Part shown: positions 9,523 to 16,328 of the stretch, one piece after another
How positions within the stretch are numbered: position 1 is the stretch's first letter
How the letters are laid out: each line of letters opens with the position of its first letter
DNA from: Alphaproteobacteria bacterium
GTDB taxonomy: Bacteria > Pseudomonadota > Alphaproteobacteria > Rickettsiales > 21-14-0-20-44-7
Reading direction: 5' to 3'
Assembly (NCBI GenBank): GCA_043757405.1
Contig: JAYVPI010000005.1
Location: 76,529-100,528 of the forward strand
DNA length: 24,000 nucleotides
Notes under the pieces: generated by a model
What the model saw: the letters and a program-made list of their open reading frames with translations, nothing else
Database searches by the model: none
What the model was told of the DNA's origin: nothing
Made by a program: the position numbers and the translations under genes

Positions 9523-9892
9523 GGCTAAACATATAAGCGGTTTACCATATGAAAAAATAAATGATCTTCTGGGAATTGGCCTTACCAGCAATAAAACTTA
9601 TTTAAGCATAGCGGCAATTGAACATATCAAGGAGAAACATTGCGCACAGTTTGAAATATGCCTGGAGCATATCGATAACGTTATCTGGAAACCTGATTAT
9701 GCAGGCCAGTCGCCTAATCATAAGGATAATTTTGTGCTTATGAAAACCGTTGGCAAGCTAATTATTTTGGCAGCCATTGCCATTAAGCCGGATGAGTATG
9801 GAGATCATACGATTTTATCAAGTTATTTACTTGATAGAAATGCATTAAAAGCCAGGATTCGAAAGGGTTACTTAAAAATATTGAACCAATAA
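9515..9892 (+). CDS. Hypothetical 125-aa protein, possibly a BECR-fold (Barnase/EndoU/ColicinE5/RelE-like) nuclease-like domain
   Basis: Pattern IKEKHCAQFEICLEHIDNVIWKPDYAGQSPNHKDNFVLMKTVGKLIILAAIAIKP...ILSSYLL resembles H...I..ii..PD...k....l.k..........T.Y layouts of such domains. CDS call moderate, family call weak. Confidence 0.5.
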   Translation: MFKAKHISGLPYEKINDLLGIGLTSNKTYLSIAAIEHIKEKHCAQFEICLEHIDNVIWKPDYAGQSPNHKDNFVLMKTVGKLIILAAIAIKPDEYGDHTILSSYLLDRNALKARIRKGYLKILNQ

Positions 9893-9920
9893 AAAAGACG
9901 CACCGAAATGCGCCTTTTTA
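9891..9920 (+). terminator. Rho-independent terminator (possibly bidirectional)
   Basis: AAAAAAGACGCACCGAAATGCGCCTTTTTA: stem with T-run directly downstream of the 9515-9892 ORF. Confidence 0.75.
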
Positions 9921-10018
9921 GTTTAGACGGGTGCTAAATCCCGCATCTCTTGACCCAAATTTCTTTGAGCTAGTTACCACTCGCGTGGTGTGTGAGGAAG
10001 CTGTTCTCACCTCTAAAC
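9921..10018. ncRNA. Candidate structured RNA / multi-hairpin region, strand uncertain
   Basis: GTTTAGA(9921-27)/TCTAAAC(10012-18) closing stem enclosing CGGG/CCCG, CAAA/TTTG, ACCAC/GTGGT and GTGAG/CTCAC hairpins; found by eye, no covariation. Confidence 0.25.
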
Positions 10019-10145
10019 TATTCCCATAATAGCCAATATTCGCATATAAGTCAATAATATTGCTGCAACTGGTTGTTTTTCCTGCTTTTTGAACTCCGCC
10101 TTCCTCTTGGGTTGCTTTCCGATTTTAATTATTTTGATAGCTGCC

Positions 10146-11750
10146 TTATTTTTCTGCCACCTTATTCCGCTCATTCACTTCCTTCAACTCCGCTTCCGCC
10201 TTCAGCTGATCCAATTCTTCCTCGCTCAAAGTCGTGCGCCGAACACCCTTATCTCCCGGCAGCCATATCAATTGCAGCGTCTTCGGATCACGCGCAAACA
10301 CCCGTTCTTCCGTCACCATTCCCAAATTCGGTGGAATATTACACTTCGCCAAACCAACAATCGTATACGGCCCATCGCGGTATAAACCTAAAACCACACG
10401 TGCCCTATCGATAAAAACTTGAGAACCGCGGAGCAAGTCTAAAATCTCTCTCGCGCTTTTCGGATTTGCGCTCTTCTCCAAGTGATGCACGATAATCATC
10501 GCGCAGTTTTTCTTGATCGCGAATTCCTCGATTGCCTCGAAGAAATTGCTCACTACTTCTGAATCATCTTCATCACCTTCCAGATATTTTCTCGCCGGAT
10601 CGATAACCATGATCGAAACATCCGGCATCGCCGCCAGCCTTGTCATAAACTCCGGCAATGTTTCCTCGCGATCGCGGAATTCCGTCCGCTGGAACATCAA
10701 ACGATTAGCGCGGCCTTGTGGGTCAAATAATTCACCACGCGCATTGATAACCGCCGGACCATCCTCACCTGAAAAGTAAACGCAAATACCTTTCGTATTA
10801 TCATTCCTGATTTTCTGCCCCAGCCATAAATCCGGCTCTTCCCCCGGCTCATAATCAATCGCCGCCTTAACACATAACTCATGCGCAATTGATGACTTAC
10901 CCGTACCGCCCGCACCGGCCAAAACTGTAACCGTGCCGCGCGGAATCAAGCCATCAACCACGAAATCAAATGTCTCATCCGCGCCTTTACGCTGCGGGCC
11001 TGTCGCATAGAAAAAATCAAAATTACGGGCGCATAAGTTGAAATATTTGAGGTTGCGCTCAATGTCTTTTACATCAATCCCGAACCGCTCATACAAAACC
11101 TGGTGGCGGTCATAATTGTTCCAGCACAGCGCTGCGTCCAAGATCGTCTGCCCTTTGGCGGTGCGCCCTTCTGACAAAGTCTTGAAATCCGGATGCACGA
11201 ACATCCCGTTCTTGCTCAAATAGTGAATTCCGGAAAGCATATAATGATGGTAATATTCTTCGGAATCAACATTGCACAAATCATAAAGCGCCTTGTTTAC
11301 ATCGTCCGGTAAAATCGCCTTGTCGAGGAAAGCAACAACCTTCAAACCGGCTTGCTTGATTTCGGCGCGGACATAAAAGCCGGAGTTGACATTAATCTCA
11401 TTCAGCCGCTTCTGCTCGTTGCCGTCCAGCTTGGCGATACCTTTAGCGATAATCGTCGCCCAGGCGATTCCGGAGCCAATTGTTTTCATTTTTGCATCAT
11501 GTACCACCGGATTTAGGAGCAGGGGAGTGTTCGGAAGCTTGCCGTTATTATAATTTTTGATGATTTCCGCCACTGCCAAATCGACCTCATCAGGCCCAAA
11601 CCAGAACTCAAAACCCTCCACAGCCGCCCGCCAAGGCTCTTTTTCGGCCATGGTATAGAGCTTCATTTTACCCTTAAGCCCATGTTTATTATGGGCCGCC
11701 CAGATAATCTCCAGCTCATTCTTGATATTTTTTTCTATATCTTCCGGCAT
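10146..11750 (-). CDS. AAA family / RecA-like (AAA_25, RepA-helicase-like) ATPase with an unassigned N-terminal region of about 250 aa
   Basis: 534 aa; Walker A GAGGTGKSS, Walker B VSIMVIDPARKYL, downstream CAMIIVHHLEKSA and RGSQVFIDRARVVLGL, as in RepA-like hexameric ATPases. Confidence 0.75.
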   Translation of the reverse strand: MPEDIEKNIKNELEIIWAAHNKHGLKGKMKLYTMAEKEPWRAAVEGFEFWFGPDEVDLAVAEIIKNYNNGKLPNTPLLLNPVVHDAKMKTIGSGIAWATIIAKGIAKLDGNEQKRLNEINVNSGFYVRAEIKQAGLKVVAFLDKAILPDDVNKALYDLCNVDSEEYYHHYMLSGIHYLSKNGMFVHPDFKTLSEGRTAKGQTILDAALCWNNYDRHQVLYERFGIDVKDIERNLKYFNLCARNFDFFYATGPQRKGADETFDFVVDGLIPRGTVTVLAGAGGTGKSSIAHELCVKAAIDYEPGEEPDLWLGQKIRNDNTKGICVYFSGEDGPAVINARGELFDPQGRANRLMFQRTEFRDREETLPEFMTRLAAMPDVSIMVIDPARKYLEGDEDDSEVVSNFFEAIEEFAIKKNCAMIIVHHLEKSANPKSAREILDLLRGSQVFIDRARVVLGLYRDGPYTIVGLAKCNIPPNLGMVTEERVFARDPKTLQLIWLPGDKGVRRTTLSEEELDQLKAEAELKEVNERNKVAEK

Positions 11751-11818
11751 TTTTTCCTTACAACTTGCCTATAATATCATATATTAACTGAAAATATACT
11801 GACAAAGGTTCGTTAACA

Positions 11819-12673
11819 ATGGATTACTACATACTCGTAAACGGTCAAAAACAAGGGCCCTATGATGTTTTGGACTTCATAAAAAAAGTTAAGAATGGTG
11901 TAATAACCGCCGAAACCCAGGTCTCCACGACCGAAAATGGCCCCTATATGCCCGCCGGCGGAGTTGAAGAATTGAAAGAAATAATTAAGGCCGAGTCAGG
12001 CCATGCCAGCTCGATTAGCAAGGATGTGAGCTTGTCCTTGAATGCCACTTTAAACGAAAGTGCGGAATTATGGACACGCCGTGTCACTGAATATACATTA
12101 TTTTTTGCCGCCATTATCGTCGTCGGTTTCGGAATTTCCATGGGCTTAAAAAAAATCCAACTATTTGCCGATTACCCGTTCGTCACCAATTATATTACCG
12201 CCACCCTCACTTATACTTTGCTCGGTTTCTATTGTTATTATGTGCTGATGACCAAGCGCAGCCAGGATCCGGATTTGAAGGAGATCAAATCGCTGATGAA
12301 ACTCTCACTCTCCAATCTTTTAATTTTCGCCGCTATTATTTCCCTCGCCATAATTCCGCTGGGCGTGAATATTCTCATCAGCACAATCACTCTCTCAATT
12401 GCGACCATAGTGTTGAGCCTATTGATTTTCGTGCCCTTCCTGATCGTTGATCACCGCATGGGCATGCGCCGCGCTGTTGTGGTTTCCCTGGAAAGCTTCA
12501 AATCTTTGAGCGCCAGTGTCATCTTCACCATAATCATAATTGTTGCCGTAAACATTGCCGCAGTATTGTTGCCTAGTGTCCTCGGCAATATCATTTTCTT
12601 CCTCGTACTGCTTATTTCGCTACCGGTTTCGATAGCTATTTTGGCCAATATTTATGACCATATCCTGGCTTGA
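11819..12673 (+). CDS. GYF_2-domain multi-pass membrane protein
   Basis: N-terminal YYILVNGQKQGPYDVLDFIKKVKNGVITAETQV...GPYMPAGGVEEL resembles GYF_2 (DUF4339); followed by about 6 hydrophobic segments. Confidence 0.75.
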   Translation: MDYYILVNGQKQGPYDVLDFIKKVKNGVITAETQVSTTENGPYMPAGGVEELKEIIKAESGHASSISKDVSLSLNATLNESAELWTRRVTEYTLFFAAIIVVGFGISMGLKKIQLFADYPFVTNYITATLTYTLLGFYCYYVLMTKRSQDPDLKEIKSLMKLSLSNLLIFAAIISLAIIPLGVNILISTITLSIATIVLSLLIFVPFLIVDHRMGMRRAVVVSLESFKSLSASVIFTIIIIVAVNIAAVLLPSVLGNIIFFLVLLISLPVSIAILANIYDHILA

Positions 12674-13968
12674 TGGAAGATCCCAAGAAGCTAAAAACCT
12701 CGGCGCGAACAATTGTCATTCACCCGGAATTCCTTGGTGATGAGCGCGATTCGGGTTTTAAACTGGAAGAAGCAAATGGCCTGGCGGAAGCAATCTCGCT
12801 AAACATCCTGCGCTCGGTAATCATCCCCGTCCGCGATCCCAAACCTGATGCATTATTCGGCGGCGGCAAAATCACCGAACTCGCGGAATTCATCACCAAT
12901 AAGGAAGTCCAACTCGCCTTCGTCAATTCCAAGCTTACTCCGATCCAGCAACGCAATTTGGAAAAAGGCTGGAACTGCAAAGTCATCGACCGTTCCGGAT
13001 TAATTTTGGAAATCTTCGGCGCCCGTGCCCGAACTGCTGAGGGTAAGTTGCAGGTGGAATTGGCGGCGCTTGAATATCAAAAATCCCGCCTGGTGCGCAG
13101 TTGGACCCATTTGGAGCGCCAGCGCGGCGGCTTCGGTTTCCTTGGCGGCCCGGGTGAGACGCAGATCGAGTTGGATAAACGAATGATAAATGGCCGCATT
13201 TCCAAAATTAAAAAGGAACTGGAAAAAGTTGTCCGCACCCGTGAGCTTCACCGCAAAACCCGCCGCGATGTTCCATATACTATCGCCGCATTAGTCGGTT
13301 ATACCAATGCCGGAAAATCCACACTCTTCAACCGCCTGACAAAATCTGATGTCCTTGCCGAAGATAAATTATTCGCCACGCTTGATCCAACCATGCGCAT
13401 GTTGGAATTGCCGTCGGGGCGCAAATGCATCCTCTCCGACACGGTAGGTTTTATCAGCGATTTACCGCATGAACTCGTCGCCGCCTTCCGCGCCACATTG
13501 GAAGAAGTCGCCGAGGCTGATATACTTCTCCACATCCGCGATATCGCCAGCCCCGAAAGCGCGGGGCAAAAAACCGATGTTGAGGAAGTATTGAAAGCGA
13601 TGGGGCTGGAAAAGCGGATTCACAAGGATATGTTCGAGGTTTTGAACAAAGTTGACCTGCTTCCATCATCGTCATTGCGAACCCGCGACCCTGGATTGCC
13701 ACGCTCCGCTCGCAATGACGAAAATTTAAAAATCTCTGCCCTTACCGGAGAGGGCTGTGATAAACTGCTGCAATGGCTGGACGATAAAATCTCCAGCTTC
13801 AACCAAAGCATAGAATATAAACTAAAACCGGAAGCCGGCGCGGCATTGGCTTGGCTCTACCAACACGCCCATATCGAGAAACGCAAAGACTTAAAAACCA
13901 GCATCAAACTAACTGCCAATATTTCCGAAGAAAATATTGAGCGTTTTAAAAAGCTATTCAATCTGTAA
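12673..13968 (+). CDS. hflX: GTPase HflX
   Basis: GGGKITELAEFI..., LERQRGGFGFLGGPGETQIELDKR, GYTNAGKSTLFNRLT, LSDTVGFISDLPHELVAAFRATLEEV, NKVD, ISALTGEG. True ATG at 12673 overlaps the preceding stop (TGATG); the track start is a TTG at 12670. Confidence 0.93.
   Translation: MEDPKKLKTSARTIVIHPEFLGDERDSGFKLEEANGLAEAISLNILRSVIIPVRDPKPDALFGGGKITELAEFITNKEVQLAFVNSKLTPIQQRNLEKGWNCKVIDRSGLILEIFGARARTAEGKLQVELAALEYQKSRLVRSWTHLERQRGGFGFLGGPGETQIELDKRMINGRISKIKKELEKVVRTRELHRKTRRDVPYTIAALVGYTNAGKSTLFNRLTKSDVLAEDKLFATLDPTMRMLELPSGRKCILSDTVGFISDLPHELVAAFRATLEEVAEADILLHIRDIASPESAGQKTDVEEVLKAMGLEKRIHKDMFEVLNKVDLLPSSSLRTRDPGLPRSARNDENLKISALTGEGCDKLLQWLDDKISSFNQSIEYKLKPEAGAALAWLYQHAHIEKRKDLKTSIKLTANISEENIERFKKLFNL
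13671..13719. repeat. Palindromic interspersed repeat element, copy 2, in frame inside hflX
   Basis: GTCATTGCGAACCCGCGACCCTGGATTGCCACGCTCCGCTCGCAATGAC; matches the reverse complement of copy 1 (CTGGATTGCTTCGCTTGGCTCGCAATGAC). Confidence 0.8.
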
Positions 13969-13990
13969 AGATGCGCTATATTATAAGGCT

Positions 13991-14524
13991 TTAGCTATGG
14001 CCTTTATCTGCGCTTTTGCTATGAGAATGCGCGGCGACTATAGTGGTTGGCGATACGCCGTGCTGATGCTCTTTTTCCAACCCCAGCGCCAGGCGCTTTT
14101 CGTGCCATTCGCCGCGCGCTGTTTGTAACTCTTTTGAGTCCGTCCCGTGGCCCTGTCTTTTCAGAAGCGCTACAGTTTCCGACATCACGATTTCGCTAAT
14201 ATGCATTTTGCCGTCTGGAGTGGTGTGGTTTTTAGCGAATAACTCATCATTTGCCCGCATCCGCGCCGCATCAACTTTAACAATCTCTGGATCGGTCATG
14301 CGCCGGTCGTGTAAAATCCGCTGTTTGCCTTCAATATACTGCTCAGCAGTTATTGAATCGCCGTGGAATAATTTGGTGCCGATATTCCCATATGCCCTGA
14401 AATTTGCCTCAGTCACCTTTTTAAACTCATCAACATTTACGCTATTTGGGGCTACAAGTGATTGGGTATAAATTCCCGTATGTTTAGTGTGAATATTATG
14501 CGTATCGAAAACAAATGCGGCCAT
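13991..14524 (-). CDS. Hypothetical protein, 177 aa, His-rich C-terminus
   Basis: MAAFVFDTHNIHTKHTGIYTQSLVAPNSVNVDEFKKVTEANFRAYGN...HQHGVSPTTIVAAHSHSKSADKGHS; no family recognised. Confidence 0.6.
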   Translation of the reverse strand: MAAFVFDTHNIHTKHTGIYTQSLVAPNSVNVDEFKKVTEANFRAYGNIGTKLFHGDSITAEQYIEGKQRILHDRRMTDPEIVKVDAARMRANDELFAKNHTTPDGKMHISEIVMSETVALLKRQGHGTDSKELQTARGEWHEKRLALGLEKEHQHGVSPTTIVAAHSHSKSADKGHS

Positions 14525-14594
14525 GGGATTTCCTTTGATTTTGGTCCAATTAGTATACAGGAATTGTTAAGATTTGTAAAGAGGGTAAAAACCA

Positions 14595-14622
14595 TTGACA
14601 CAAGTGCGTTTTTCTATATATT
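14595..14622 (+). promoter_or_regulatory. Sigma70-like promoter for rpsD
   Basis: TTGACA (14595-14600), 16-nt spacer, TATATT (14617-14622), about 100 nt upstream of the rpsD ATG. Confidence 0.65.
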
Positions 14623-14722
14623 CCGCCGCCTTAACCATATCGTTCCTTAGCAATGAAGCAGGAATCCTTGAATGGGGTCGCGCCGTAGTTTACGAAGGCG
14701 AACTGATGAATAGGAGATAAAT

Positions 14723-15343
14723 ATGACTAAAATCGTAAAATCGAAATCCAAAATCAGCCGCCGTTTGGGCGTTTCCCTTTGGGGCCGTGGCAAAGACGCA
14801 TTCAACTCGCGCAACAACCCTCCAGGCCAACATGGTGCTGCCGGTGCGGGTCGTAAAAAACATTCCAACTTCGGCATTCAATTGCGCGCCAAGCAACAAT
14901 TGAAAGGTTATTACAACATGTCCGAGAAGCAATTCTTCAAAAACTATCAAGAAGCTTCACGCAAAAAAGGCGATACTTCAGAAAACCTGGTAGGTTTGCT
15001 CGAGCGCCGTTTGGACGCTGTAGTTTATCGTTCTAACCTGGCACCGACAATTTTCTCAGCCCGCCAATTGGTTTCGCATAAACATATTTTGGTGAACGGC
15101 AAATCTGTCAATATCCCAAGCTATCACGTTGCGGATGGCGATGTTGTCGAGATCAAAGAAAAATCAAAACAAATCCCGATCGTTATTGAATCAACTCAAA
15201 AAGTTGAGCGCGAAATCCCTGGTTATCTCACAGTTGATGCCGCGAGTTTCAAAGCCACTTTCGTTCGCCAGCCGCAATATTCGGATATTCCATATCCAGT
15301 ACAAATGCAGCCGAATCTGATCGTCGAGTTTTACTCACGCTAA
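14723..15343 (+). CDS. rpsD: 30S ribosomal protein S4
   Basis: 206 aa; SRRLGVSLWGRGKDAFNSRNNPPGQHG...LLERRLDAVVYRSNLAPTIFSARQLVSHKHILVNGKSVNIPSY; AGGAGA ribosome-binding site. Confidence 0.97.
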   Translation: MTKIVKSKSKISRRLGVSLWGRGKDAFNSRNNPPGQHGAAGAGRKKHSNFGIQLRAKQQLKGYYNMSEKQFFKNYQEASRKKGDTSENLVGLLERRLDAVVYRSNLAPTIFSARQLVSHKHILVNGKSVNIPSYHVADGDVVEIKEKSKQIPIVIESTQKVEREIPGYLTVDAASFKATFVRQPQYSDIPYPVQMQPNLIVEFYSR

Positions 15344-15350
15344 GAATTAA

Positions 15351-15407
15351 AGACTTCAGACATCAGACTTCAGTCCACTGATGACTGGCGTCCGAAGTCT
15401 GAAGTCT
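15351..15407. repeat. Inverted heptamer array between convergent genes: AGACTTC AGACATC AGACTTC ... GAAGTCT GAAGTCT
   Basis: Left arm 15351-15371, right arm 15394-15407, exact reverse-complement units; nested CAGTC/GACTG stem. May also act as a transcription-end hairpin. Confidence 0.8.
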
Positions 15408-15408
15408 A

Positions 15409-16251
15409 TTAAGCAGCTAGCTGCTGCTTCTTCGCATTGTAGCTAATATATTTCCAGCCCATATAATTCACGGCTTTGTTAAGGCGCGTATGCGGCTTCA
15501 AGCCGATCGCCTTGAACATCATCGCGATCATTTTTTCGTTATGCTCTTTCTTATAGACATTATGCACTTGTGAAAAACACAGTTTCATGAATTTTTTACG
15601 GTCATATTGGTCATACTTATCTTGATGCGTAACAAAATAAGCATAAGCAACTTCATCGTCCTCACTCTCGCCAACACGGCCAAGCGCAACCATTATGCGC
15701 TTGAGGAAACCTATATTTTCCTTGGTTAAGTAAATTTTCAAACGTGAATAAAACAATTTGTAATGGCGAAGTTCATCACCGGCAATCCGCGTGCAGATAT
15801 CGCGGAAGACCGGCTCGTCGGTATAATCTTTAAGCATTGTGTAATATGTGCTGGTTCCCGCTTCGACAATACAGCGTGCGATCAATTCACCGGATTTGGA
15901 GCCGCGCACTGAGACATCCACATTTTCCGGCAACTTATAACCTTCCTTGAAAAGCTTGAAACTTTTCTCAAAATCAAATTTCGGATCCGCCATTTCCGCC
16001 CATTTGCGCAAAGCCCGCCCGTGCTGAACTTCTTCCTCCGCCCATTGGTCGGCGAGTGCATGAAATTCGATATCGTCATGGAAAACTTCCTTCAAATAAC
16101 GGCCATAATCATAGCTGTTATGCTCAACAACGGATGCCGCCTTGGCCAATGATATGATCTCTGGCTTTAGTTTGGAACTGTCGAACTTATCCCATTCGAT
16201 ATCGTCTAATGACCAGTGTTTCATAGCGAGCATATCTTTAGCACAACCCAT
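15409..16251 (-). CDS. Ferritin-like (diiron) domain protein
   Basis: Two-helix-pair metal-ligand-like motifs WAEEEVQHGRALRKWAE and RIAGDELRHYKLFYSRL, plus ELIARCIVEAGTSTYYTMLKDY. Internal start MKHWSLDDIEW also possible. Confidence 0.7.
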   Translation of the reverse strand: MGCAKDMLAMKHWSLDDIEWDKFDSSKLKPEIISLAKAASVVEHNSYDYGRYLKEVFHDDIEFHALADQWAEEEVQHGRALRKWAEMADPKFDFEKSFKLFKEGYKLPENVDVSVRGSKSGELIARCIVEAGTSTYYTMLKDYTDEPVFRDICTRIAGDELRHYKLFYSRLKIYLTKENIGFLKRIMVALGRVGESEDDEVAYAYFVTHQDKYDQYDRKKFMKLCFSQVHNVYKKEHNEKMIAMMFKAIGLKPHTRLNKAVNYMGWKYISYNAKKQQLAA

Positions 16252-16328
16252 ATTATTTGGAATAAAAAATCTATACCATAGGCCATCTTATTGATTTCTA
16301 TGCGGTTCAGGAAATATTAACCCTTATA

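Noticed and set aside
9921-10018. tRNA, 6S RNA or 4.5S SRP RNA
   Set aside because: No TTCRA T-loop, anticodon-arm layout or CCA context; too short for 6S; lacks the conserved SRP GGTCAGG...GGAAGCAGCC tetraloop region. Kept only as an unclassified candidate.
9515-10018. Type III toxin-antitoxin module (toxin plus structured RNA)
   Set aside because: Type III systems have tandem RNA repeats upstream of the toxin with the terminator between; here the structured region is downstream, non-tandem, and strand is unknown.
14690-14950. Minus-strand ORFs overlapping the rpsD start
   Set aside because: Antisense to a highly conserved ribosomal protein gene and its leader; no independent support.
15378-15397. 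CTGATGA...GAAG resembling a hammerhead ribozyme core
   Set aside because: The required GAAA and a proper stem II between the two boxes are missing; the sequence is better explained by the heptamer inverted repeat.
15412-15425. Perfect palindrome AGCAGCTAGCTGCT
   Set aside because: Lies in the final codons of the ferritin-like gene (QQLAA-stop); codon usage can explain it and no second copy was seen.
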